Of a stretch of 27,143 bases of DNA, positions 17,501 through 25,410 are shown piece after piece. Position 1 is the first letter of the stretch. Each line of letters opens with the position of its first letter. Source of the stretch: Desulfocapsa sulfexigens (lineage in GTDB: Bacteria; Desulfobacterota; Desulfobulbia; Desulfobulbales; Desulfocapsaceae); contig DYNG01000001.1 of the NCBI GenBank assembly GCA_020721165.1, forward strand, positions 1 through 27,143, written 5' to 3'. Position numbers and translations under genes: made by a program. The notes beneath the pieces are model-generated. The model worked only from the letters and a program-made list of their open reading frames with translations. It was not told where the DNA came from and made no database searches.

Positions 17501-17886
17501 GCCTCATGTCCACCCGCCTTGGCAATTTGCTCGGGGTTGGCGGTAAAAAAACTCAAAATCTGCTTAAACCGCTTGCGATCAATCCCCTGCCCCAGAATCA
17601 TCACCTCAAATCCGGCCTTATTCAGCATGTCCACCATGGAAAGGCTATTCAATTGCTCACGACCATTCCGGTCAAAAATGACCCCATCCAAAGCAGGCAC
17701 TCCTTGTTCCAAGCTCAAGGAGAGGTGTTTGTATAAACGAATAAACTGTTTGAGATCAGAGTAGGCTGTTTCTATGGTATTTCCCACCTGCACACTTTGC
17801 TCAGGATAGAGGCGAAGAGTGGTGATCGCCTTGTTCATACCTTTCAAAACATCTAACGCATGCTGTTGTTGCTCACTGCTCGCCAT
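14521..17886 (-). CDS. Large multidomain protein: helical/HEAT-like repeats, cNMP-binding-like domain, PilZ-like C-terminus
   Basis: HEAT-like PWHGKRNLIRLLA..LSHEDLRVQSEALLCV..FQAVQALA, a CAP-like beta-roll (NQGAVQQQLFFINKGRVKL..GPGGVVG), and PilZ motifs RQQER and DISIGG. Confidence 0.8.
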   Translation of the reverse strand: MASSEQQQHALDVLKGMNKAITTLRLYPEQSVQVGNTIETAYSDLKQFIRLYKHLSLSLEQGVPALDGVIFDRNGREQLNSLSMVDMLNKAGFEVMILGQGIDRKRFKQILSFFTANPEQIAKAGGHEAFVRSADLAAVFMSDREKNLSELPTITYNVTDYLKILTDAGVRRDDFSLFLAMNPSDPHREKMRRALNDQDKVAHILAAAVCFSLQTLQQQGVYGPSSHWPLLSENINLALKDERDRQVVMGRLAHLLTKHLDSSSLLLLCCQEETLPLFSLLIESCDKVVFRSLVEFQRQEADRLSSSLNENDKESLVCVDEVGHELMQTVPGRQFHAAEVMGMTEQQRQSKRLYTGLNALARGDLDGLRNKEVLQHLPETFLRLMQHKKEPVAAAIIQTLVKGLKLAEEDGLQLQAGKALGLVGERLLYLQHWEWLEKLTPSFLFCLKMAEEADELWNRCVSLLQRILTHAQHTNNEILADKILALFYAIRSGAAGKTEAMRKILGQVQDQAVDVLVLQSYLDQCCGKPINGLYCQKIILHGPLGIHFLLDAISASDKRSVRIRLLKILTGVGDQLAPLLVERLQKPMPWHGKRNLIRLLAATGSEEHIGVVRDYLSHEDLRVQSEALLCVNNLSGGQKKQELLAALPRISEKLKFQAVQALAAVVDEEVVTALVELLRDEKYFSADIKNQLLVSVCETLGRSGSVQAQKALLEFTGKAKVRPKRIAESVWQAAQKGLALLDSYRRQQKQGLAEVQKKAKNLLKQVATAHERPVYAYMPVTELAEENEVYSLLDQNRLVEARKRLLNLIITLSYLHQLDQAEILRQRLVEIDPLAIDDILYASELIEEQRDAGAEHGHGVSWSEVYDCLSTEEFNNLYASMEFVSFVPDTNMANQGAVQQQLFFINKGRVKLFHRDAQGNDILLQIIGPGGVVGADSFFKDSVWTVSAASVGMVDALVLSREGLRKWQALYPDLESKMEKFCLQNGESDSSRMMAVERRQQERWNFSGQLAMTMIDEKGREVGFDLLSENGDISIGGMCCLVRVAQNKSLRSLLGRRVRVRLPELVAVNPLLAAGKIGVVVALFRQADVAVEVVGQVQFSVHIQFDQVLQESDLAGVQIVS

Positions 17887-18175
17887 AACCAACACCCTGT
17901 TTACTGCCTAACATGCAGTAAAATTTCCGATTTTAAAAAAAATAACAATGATGGTTTCGCAAAGAATCCTTCAACAGACTTTTTCTCAAATTCTACTCTT
18001 GCAATCTCAACAGGTTAAAAGTTGGATTTTTGTTTCTCTGCTTTCCTGAACCACTATCAACGATGAGCAAAAAACAAAAAATCAACATGTCCCTACCCAC
18101 ACAAGACATTATTTTCTATGGCCTATCACAAAAAAACCATAAAAGTCAAGGATCATGAAAGATATTGCGTGGATA

Positions 18176-18796
18176 TTATGCAATATTTCCCAAACACAGC
18201 GCAATAACCCCATATTTTTCCAACAGAGGGATGACTTCACCTAAGGGGAAACCAACCACATTGGAGTAGGAACCAAAAATTCCCTGGACTAAAAAAGCAC
18301 CCTGACCCTGAATGCCATAGGCGCCTGCCTTGTCGAGTGGTTCTCCGGTGGCCACATACGCTCGGGCCACCGCCTCGGAAAAAGGGCGAAAAACCACACG
18401 ACTCATAACCGACTGAACCCAGAAAACCCCATGTTGATGACAGGAAAGACATATTCCGGTATGAACCTGGTGCTCGGTACCGGCAAGCCGCACCAGCATG
18501 GAAAGGGCATCAGCGGCATCTTTCGGCTTCCCCAGAACTGCCTCAGCCAAACTCACCACCGTATCCGCAGCTAAAACCCAGCGCTGTGGATACAGCCTTG
18601 TCACCACCCGCGCCTTTTCCGCAGCCATGCGTTGAACAAAGGCCTGCGGTTTTTCTTGGGGCAGGCGCGCTTCAAGAATATCGGCCGCATGTATGCAATA
18701 CGAGATTCCCAACTCGTTGAAATACTGTTGCCGCCGTGGTGATGCCGAGGCCAGAACCAAGGGCTTAACCGTCTGATATATTGCGTGAAATGCCAT
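18176..18796 (-). CDS. maf: Maf family nucleoside triphosphate pyrophosphatase (YhdE-type)
   Basis: LVLASASPRR, VLAADTVV..LGKP, TGEPLDKAGAYGIQG, SNVVGFP. Confidence 0.95.
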   Translation of the reverse strand: MAFHAIYQTVKPLVLASASPRRQQYFNELGISYCIHAADILEARLPQEKPQAFVQRMAAEKARVVTRLYPQRWVLAADTVVSLAEAVLGKPKDAADALSMLVRLAGTEHQVHTGICLSCHQHGVFWVQSVMSRVVFRPFSEAVARAYVATGEPLDKAGAYGIQGQGAFLVQGIFGSYSNVVGFPLGEVIPLLEKYGVIALCLGNIA

Positions 18797-18822
18797 TAAT
18801 GCGGCCAGTTAACCATCATCTG

Positions 18823-19575
18823 TTATCCCCTGATGGCATAGCCCCCATCAACTGTGATCACCTGTCCCTGAATCATGGCGGCCAGTGGCGAACAGAGAAA
18901 AAGGGCCGTATCCGCCACATCTTCAGGCGTCGTCAATCGCCCCAAGGGAGTACGATGCAGAGCCGTCTCCAGGATCTCCTCCCGATTGGGGAATTTTTTG
19001 AGGGCATCCGTATCCACAGCGCCGGCGCTGATGGTATTCACATGAATACCGACCGGCCCCAGCTCAATGGCCAGATGCCGCACCAGGGATTCCAGGGCCG
19101 CCTTGGAAGCCCCGACCGTGGTGTAATTTTCAATGGCCCGGATGGCCCCCAAACTGGAAACCGCCAAGACCCTGCTTCCTCGCCCCATAAGGGGAATCCC
19201 CTTCTGCACCAGGGTTAGCAGAGCTCTGGCGTTGATATCCATGGCCCAGTCCCAGTGGCGCTCTGTCAATTCCAGTACCGGCTTTAAAACCCCGGAAGCC
19301 GCATTGGAAACAAGAATATCCAGAGTACCAAACTCCCGGGCAATCACCGCAAACATTGCAGTCACATCTGCCTCTTCAGCCACATTGGCCTTCACCAGAA
19401 GACAGCGGCCACCATGCTGTTCTATGATCCGGGCCGTCTCTTCAGCATCCCGCTTATGACGGACAAAATTTACTATTATGTTGGCCCCGTTTTCAGCCAG
19501 TCGTATGGCAATTGCCCTGCCAATCCCTCGCGATCCACCGGTTATTAAAGCTGTTTTACCTTGTAAATCAAACAT
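18823..19575 (-). CDS. fabL: Enoyl-ACP reductase, FabL-type SDR
   Basis: TGGSRGIG, NAASGVLKPVLELTERHWDWAMDINA, SSLG, ENYTTVGASKAALE (YxxxxxxK spacing), DTDALKKFPNRE. These closely resemble Bacillus subtilis FabL as I recall it. GAGGAG RBS. Confidence 0.85.
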   Translation of the reverse strand: MFDLQGKTALITGGSRGIGRAIAIRLAENGANIIVNFVRHKRDAEETARIIEQHGGRCLLVKANVAEEADVTAMFAVIAREFGTLDILVSNAASGVLKPVLELTERHWDWAMDINARALLTLVQKGIPLMGRGSRVLAVSSLGAIRAIENYTTVGASKAALESLVRHLAIELGPVGIHVNTISAGAVDTDALKKFPNREEILETALHRTPLGRLTTPEDVADTALFLCSPLAAMIQGQVITVDGGYAIRG

Positions 19576-19679
19576 ATTTACTCCTCGTCAAAAGGGAACA
19601 CCCCGCACGCCAACCCCCTGAGGCGGGTAGAGACGACACATGCACACCCGATTTCTCCTCAATGACAGCCCACTTAAAA

Positions 19680-20630
19680 CTATTCTTTCGTCCGATGCAA
19701 GCCAAGAACAACTCGCCTCAAAGAATTCGCGGCATATCGCCAGATCTGAAACCGAACCGGTTCCAAAAAAGAGGGGGCCACAAACCCAGAGCCAAAAAAA
19801 TCCGCAGGTTGCAAAAGCGGAAAGAGAAGGTCCGCAAGCGAACTTCCTGTTAACTTTCTTTCTGAGGCCACTCGCCACAAGGGGCTCTTGCATGGCTCCA
19901 ACTCAAGAGCAGCGAGCAATGCTGTGTCTAATGCCACGGCGCTCGGGGAAACCGCCACACAGCCAAAGAGCAGGGGGTCTCCATGCACCGGCCCATGCCG
20001 GTGCATCACTTCAATCCCATCGGCGACAACCAGGGTGTCTGGTAAAAGTTCATGCAACTCGATTATCATTTCCGCAAACTGCCGATGAGATTGGCCATGC
20101 CAGCCTCCCCGCATGTGCAGCCAGGATTTTCGGACTCCAGGCACAATACCAAAAATATTTTTCACCGCCATACTCACCAACATCTGGTCATGAGCCTTGA
20201 TCTTGGGCAGATTCACCAACAAATCGCACTCAAGAGCGCTGGCCGCAATCTTTACCGTTCTACCGCTGGCCAATCGTTTGGGTACAGACACAGAAAAATC
20301 AACAACAGGCACTGCCATGCCTCGAATGGCCCGCAAGAGCCCTTGTTGCTCCGCACAATGAAGCACACTGCCAAAAGCGGGTGAGTCACCCAGACGCACC
20401 CGACAGCTATGATCAAGAAACCACGCCGCCACAGCCGCAATAAATTCCGCATGGGTACATGCCAAAGAAGGGGCTGCGGCGCTGACCAGATTGGGTTTCA
20501 ACAAGATAGTGGTGCCAGGAGAAAGGGACGCGCAAATGGCGCCAGAAAGGATTTTATCCACAACTCTTTGCAGCGAGCGACGAGTGTATTCGTGACAACG
20601 ATCGAGAAAAACAGGAGGGAAAGAGGACAT
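19680..20630 (-). CDS. DUF362 domain-containing protein (no ferredoxin extension)
   Basis: ILLKPNLV, CTHAEF, GDSP, LVNLPKIKAH..SMAVKNIFG, VVADGIEVMH..GP..G.P, AVALD. Confidence 0.88.
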   Translation of the reverse strand: MSSFPPVFLDRCHEYTRRSLQRVVDKILSGAICASLSPGTTILLKPNLVSAAAPSLACTHAEFIAAVAAWFLDHSCRVRLGDSPAFGSVLHCAEQQGLLRAIRGMAVPVVDFSVSVPKRLASGRTVKIAASALECDLLVNLPKIKAHDQMLVSMAVKNIFGIVPGVRKSWLHMRGGWHGQSHRQFAEMIIELHELLPDTLVVADGIEVMHRHGPVHGDPLLFGCVAVSPSAVALDTALLAALELEPCKSPLWRVASERKLTGSSLADLLFPLLQPADFFGSGFVAPSFLEPVRFQIWRYAANSLRRVVLGLHRTKE

Positions 20631-21091
20631 AAAGAGAAAGAAGGGGTGACAAACACGGGCCTGAAAATAGAAAAAGCCAGTCACACACGCGTGGACCGGC
20701 TTTTTCCAAGGAGAGAAGAGATACTTAATTTAATGCATAAACCAGGCCACACCAGAATATAAAATAGAATAAATCTAATATATCAATGGCTTGATCGAAA
20801 ATCATGTCTTATTCGAGGGAAGAAAAAAGGCCATTCACCCCCTGTTTATTCAATTTTTTATACCCAGTCAAGAGAAAAGACCGCCAGGAAATTACGATTA
20901 TATCGCTATATCAGGCCATTATACGAACAATTATTTGAATCAAGCTCCTCCAATATATTTACCACCTCCTGAACACGCCTTTTTTTCCCCCAAAGCAGCT
21001 TTTTTTTGGTGTTTCCTGCATCTTCTGCTATGCTAAAAAATATTCCTGACCATTCTTTCCCTCTGATTCTTTTTTTGACCACCAAAAACCT

Positions 21092-23296
21092 ATGCCTTCA
21101 TTTTCATCATCCGCCAGAATATTCCATGAAAAACTGATCCATCTGTTTGATTATGGCCTTTCGTTTCAAGTAGTAATGCTCTCTTTCTATTTATTGGAGG
21201 TCTTTCTTTTACGCGAAATGCTCTCTTCTGCCTTTGCCTCTGTGACGCTCTGCGGCATCATCCTGGCAACCCTGTCCATAGCCCTTATTCTCCATCTCCG
21301 ACGAGGATCTCCCCGAAAAAGACGCAAAAAATGGCGCTTCCTGTTTCTTCTTTTGTTCCTGCAATCCTCTCTCTGGGGCGGCAGCGCCCTTCTGTTCATC
21401 CATGCCAGTGTGCCACACCTATTCATTCACACCCTGCTTCTCCTGTCCATCAGCATATCCTTCTCTTTCTATCTCGCCCCTTTTCCCCTCATAGCCTACA
21501 CATCTCTGGGTATCATCATCACGCCCTTCCTGGCCCTTTCTTTCTTCACTGCTACCCACAGCTTCACCACTCTTGTCACTGGCCTGTTCACTCTGGTAAT
21601 CATGAGCAGCTTCGTTCTTTTTTTCTTCTCGCGCATTATCGAGGCCAACATTCTTCTCAAGATTCAGAATCAGAAGGCCCTGCGCAACCTCACCACCAAA
21701 CTCCACCAACTCTCCCAGGAAAAACCGTCGAAACCAACTGGCCGCAGCGAGGCTATCTGGAATGCTATTCTCACCATTACCGACCAGGCCCACCTGCAGG
21801 ATACCTGGCAGAACTGCTTCAGCGGTAAACTCTCCAGCCTCTGTCACCCCTTGGAAACCAGCCGTATATACATCGTCGAGGCAAACTACCACAAAACTCC
21901 GACCACCCGGCACCAAGATAAATATCAAGCCAGTATTGACCATAGCTGGATATTCAACAATTCCGACTGTATCGCCCTGCTCAAATCAGGACAGATTGTG
22001 GATAATCGCTCTCCCCTGCTCTCAGAATGGGAACGAGGGGAGCTGCATGCCCTTGGTATCCGGTCTTTCCTCGATATCCCCATCCTCATCAAAGACTCCC
22101 TCTGGGGCCTTATTGGCATGGACAGGATGACGACTGACACCCCTTTTACCGAATCCCAGATCAAAGGACTGAAACTGATTGCCAATATCCTCGCCCTCAC
22201 CATTCGGAATCAACAGGATCGTGCAGAGCGAAATCGGCTGGCAGCCGTTGTCGAACAATCAAACGATTGTGTTCTTCTCACCAACCCAGCCGGTCACATC
22301 CTCTATGCCAATCCCGCCTGCGAAACCATTACCGGCTATAGCCCCTCTGAAATCATCAACACCAACATTGCCCAACTCCACCCCGAGACCATCATGGACA
22401 GCGAAATCTGGCAACAGGTCGCAAAAGCCTTGCATAACGGGGAAAAATGGCAGGGGCAATTCCCCAACTATCGCAAAGATCTCAGCCTCTACGAAGAAGA
22501 AATGCTCCTTTCACCCGCCTATGATCCGGTCAATAATATTATTAATCAAGTCATCGTCAAACGAAATATCACCGAAAAGAAGCGACTGGAATCCGTGGCC
22601 GAGGCCGCCAACCTTATGGACAATATCGGCTTCATTTTCTCCAGTATTCGCCACGAGCTGGGCAACCCGATCAATGCCATCAAAGTATCCCTTTCGGTTT
22701 TGGATTCTAATCTGCACTCATACGACCATGCTGATATTAAACGATTTATCAACCGCAGCCTGGCCGATATAGGTCGCGTCGAATATCTGCTGAAAACCCT
22801 CAAAAACTTCAGTATTTTTGAGCGACCCATTATTGAAGAGACCGACATGACGGCCCTGCTTACCCGATTTGTTGCCCTGGTCAACACAGACCTGGAGAGG
22901 AAAGACATCAAGCTGACCACCAATATCACTACAATTAAAGACCCCAGAATCGGCCAAGTTGACCACCGAGCCTTTCAGCAGGTTCTCCTCAATCTGGTTG
23001 CCAATGCCGCCGACGCTCTGGCCAGTGTTGAGCCCAAAAGAATCACGATCACCATGCTGAAAGAAAAAAATGGCCAAATCAATATCATTATTGGCGACAA
23101 TGGTTGTGGAATCAGTGAGGAAGAACAGGCCAATCTGTTCAAACCCTTTTATACCACCAAGCCACAAGGCACGGGGCTGGGCCTGATTATTGTCAAAAAA
23201 ATGCTGGCCAAGATGAATTGTTCCATTGCTATTTATAGTAAAAAAAACAAAGGAACCAAAGTGTTAATTGTTATCCCCGGCCTTGAGCACCGATGA
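21092..23296 (+). CDS. Membrane sensor histidine kinase (multi-TM, GAF, PAS, HisKA, HATPase_c)
   Basis: About 5-6 hydrophobic N-terminal segments, GAF (GIRSFLDIPI..LWGLIGMD), PAS (YANPACETITGYS..WQG..NYRKD), H-box RHELGNPIN, N-box QVLLNLVANA, DNGCGI, FKPFYTTK, GTGLGL. Confidence 0.95.
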   Translation: MPSFSSSARIFHEKLIHLFDYGLSFQVVMLSFYLLEVFLLREMLSSAFASVTLCGIILATLSIALILHLRRGSPRKRRKKWRFLFLLLFLQSSLWGGSALLFIHASVPHLFIHTLLLLSISISFSFYLAPFPLIAYTSLGIIITPFLALSFFTATHSFTTLVTGLFTLVIMSSFVLFFFSRIIEANILLKIQNQKALRNLTTKLHQLSQEKPSKPTGRSEAIWNAILTITDQAHLQDTWQNCFSGKLSSLCHPLETSRIYIVEANYHKTPTTRHQDKYQASIDHSWIFNNSDCIALLKSGQIVDNRSPLLSEWERGELHALGIRSFLDIPILIKDSLWGLIGMDRMTTDTPFTESQIKGLKLIANILALTIRNQQDRAERNRLAAVVEQSNDCVLLTNPAGHILYANPACETITGYSPSEIINTNIAQLHPETIMDSEIWQQVAKALHNGEKWQGQFPNYRKDLSLYEEEMLLSPAYDPVNNIINQVIVKRNITEKKRLESVAEAANLMDNIGFIFSSIRHELGNPINAIKVSLSVLDSNLHSYDHADIKRFINRSLADIGRVEYLLKTLKNFSIFERPIIEETDMTALLTRFVALVNTDLERKDIKLTTNITTIKDPRIGQVDHRAFQQVLLNLVANAADALASVEPKRITITMLKEKNGQINIIIGDNGCGISEEEQANLFKPFYTTKPQGTGLGLIIVKKMLAKMNCSIAIYSKKNKGTKVLIVIPGLEHR

Positions 23297-23450
23297 GCAA
23301 CAAAATCAGTTCTGGCAACAGCTTTTTCTGGACAGAGGGCAATGGCCCGTGGTACAAGAAAATAGGTTTCGATTCCATAAGACTGTGGTTGCACACAAAG
23401 TTATTCGCTCTACTTACGATCCGGACGACAGAACCGGTACAGGAGATGCT

Positions 23451-24644
23451 ATGAATACTGTTCTTGTTGTTGACGATGACGAAAGTTTCTTGTTGAATCT
23501 CATTGAAGGTTTCAAATCCTATCAGGATCAATTCAGCATCATGACGGCCAGCAATGGTGAAGAAGCCGTCACCATTCTTGACCAGCACGAAATCCATCTG
23601 GTTCTGACCGACCTGAAAATGCCAGTCATGGACGGATTCGCCCTGGTCGCCCACCTCAGCGCCAATCATGCCGCCATTCCGGTCATTGTCATGACGGCCT
23701 TTGGCACTCCGGAGATGGAAGATTCTCTCAAGGAGATCGGGGCTTTTCAGTATATCGAAAAACCCATTGACTTCAATGTATTGGTTTCAAAGATTCTCAA
23801 AGGCCTGGAAAGCCGCTCTAAAGGGCTCATTAGTGGGGTCTCACTGAGTTCCTTTGTGCAGCTGCTGGAACTTGACAAAAAAACCTGCACCATCACGGCC
23901 CATGCAGAAAAAAGACAGGGTAATCTGTATTTCAAAAACGGCGAGCTCATGGATGCCAACGCTGGAGATCTTACTGGAATTGATGCCGCCTTCGAAATTT
24001 TCAGCTGGGAGAATGTGGGAATCCTCCTGACCAACTCCTGCCCCATCAGCGAGCAAAAAATCCATGAGTCTCTCGGCTTTATTCTTCTGGAGGGAAGTCG
24101 GCGACAGGACGAGCGAGAATCTCCCGATAGTGCCCCAGCCACAATGGCCAGTCCGGATGCGCCCTTAGGCTCGATTGATCTGGCTGGATTAGAGCTGGGC
24201 CTGGACGATTTTCTTGCGGAAGAGGCTCCTCCGCTGCACGCAAATCCTCCCACACCATCTCCACACACGCCAACGGCCGCACCACCCTCAGCCCATGCCT
24301 CCAATCCCATTCTCACACAATTTATCAGTATGCTGGAGGCAATGCCCGAAATCAGTCATTCCATCCTCATTTCCAAAGAGGGAAATATTCTTCACAGCAC
24401 CAAAACCGGCACTGAGCAGGTGACAAACTTTATCACCTATCTCTCGGTGGTCAGCCAACAGCTGCAAATGGCAATGGGAACCGGAGATTCCCAATATACC
24501 CTGCTCTCGTTGGAAAATGGTCAGAAAATTCTCGCTCTTTGCGGGAAAGAGGTCATTGTTGCGCTGGAAATTGGAAGTTCTGTCATTCCGGGACCCATTG
24601 CTGCCGGATTACGACCAGTATTAAGCAGGATCAGCTTGCAGTAG
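23451..24644 (+). CDS. Response regulator: REC + DUF4388 (PATAN-like) + Pro-rich linker + Roadblock-like domain
   Basis: Intact receiver (VVDDD, LTDLKMPVMDG, MTAFG, EKP), DUF4388 pattern GVSLSSFVQLLELDKKTC..GNLYFKNGE..AAFEIFSW, C-terminal alpha/beta domain. AGGAG RBS before the ATG at 23451. Confidence 0.88.
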   Translation: MNTVLVVDDDESFLLNLIEGFKSYQDQFSIMTASNGEEAVTILDQHEIHLVLTDLKMPVMDGFALVAHLSANHAAIPVIVMTAFGTPEMEDSLKEIGAFQYIEKPIDFNVLVSKILKGLESRSKGLISGVSLSSFVQLLELDKKTCTITAHAEKRQGNLYFKNGELMDANAGDLTGIDAAFEIFSWENVGILLTNSCPISEQKIHESLGFILLEGSRRQDERESPDSAPATMASPDAPLGSIDLAGLELGLDDFLAEEAPPLHANPPTPSPHTPTAAPPSAHASNPILTQFISMLEAMPEISHSILISKEGNILHSTKTGTEQVTNFITYLSVVSQQLQMAMGTGDSQYTLLSLENGQKILALCGKEVIVALEIGSSVIPGPIAAGLRPVLSRISLQ

Positions 24645-24715
24645 GCACAAGCCCCCTTCTCTCAAAATGTCCTCAACTCCCAGCAGCAGGACGCAGATCA
24701 TAAAGGAAACACGCC

Positions 24716-25387
24716 ATGGACTCACTCCTCAAGGAAATCAATATGCTTCCCGGAGTTTTTGGTTGTTTTGTTTATACCGGTCATCAAGAATTGGCAGGAG
24801 CAAAACTTCCCCCTATTTTCAAGGAAAACACCATCGCGACCATGGGTAATCTTCTCACCCGCACCCTCAAAATGGCCACCATGGCCGATCTGCATTTAGC
24901 GGGGCTCGAATTTAAATTTGATGTTTCTTTGCTGATGGTAAAACCTCTGGAAGATGGTTCCATCCTGGTCATGGTGTGCGAGCCTGCCGTTAATAAGTCT
25001 TTGATCAATATGACCCTCGGCATGTTGGTCGCTGATATTCAGGCCGCCATCAACAAAGGGCCTGTACAGGCGCAAATAGCGCCCTCACCGGCGGCACAAC
25101 CAGCGACACCAGCTGCGGCTGCTCCCCCCGCCCCGGAAGCGCCCCAAAAACGGGAAGCTGACATTGATGCGACTCTGGCGCCGGTCCTGGAGAAAATAAA
25201 GGATGCCTTGGCGTACTCCATTGGCCCAATTGCCGGACAAACCTTGCGAGAATCCATCGAAACCTGGGCCCAACAAGGCCCGACCACCAAAAAAGAGCTA
25301 CCTGGACTGGCGGCGCTGTTGTGCAAAGAGATCAATGACAAAGATCTGGAAAAAGAATTTATGGAACAGATAAAACCTCTTTTCTGA
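24716..25387 (+). CDS. Roadblock/LC7 (MglB-like) domain protein with an Ala/Pro linker and a small helical C-terminal domain
   Basis: LLKEINMLPGVFGCFVY..LEFKFDVSLLMVKPL..ILVMVCEPAVNKSLINM roadblock-like pattern, linker PSPAAQPATPAAAAPPAPE, C-terminal LAYSIGPIA..LAALLCKEI..KEF. AAGGA RBS. Confidence 0.7.
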   Translation: MDSLLKEINMLPGVFGCFVYTGHQELAGAKLPPIFKENTIATMGNLLTRTLKMATMADLHLAGLEFKFDVSLLMVKPLEDGSILVMVCEPAVNKSLINMTLGMLVADIQAAINKGPVQAQIAPSPAAQPATPAAAAPPAPEAPQKREADIDATLAPVLEKIKDALAYSIGPIAGQTLRESIETWAQQGPTTKKELPGLAALLCKEINDKDLEKEFMEQIKPLF

Positions 25388-25410
25388 TTCTGTATCTCGC
25401 TTGCCAAGAT

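Noticed and set aside
19570-19650. Short GTG-started uORF or riboswitch-like GC-rich leader before fabL
   Set aside because: No convincing long stem and no match to riboswitch cores I know (TPP, SAM, FMN, cobalamin, c-di-GMP). The peptide is unremarkable.
19640-20200. 186-aa plus-strand ORF
   Set aside because: Antisense to DUF362 with non-protein-like composition.
23747-24316. 189-aa minus-strand ORF
   Set aside because: Antisense shadow of the response regulator.
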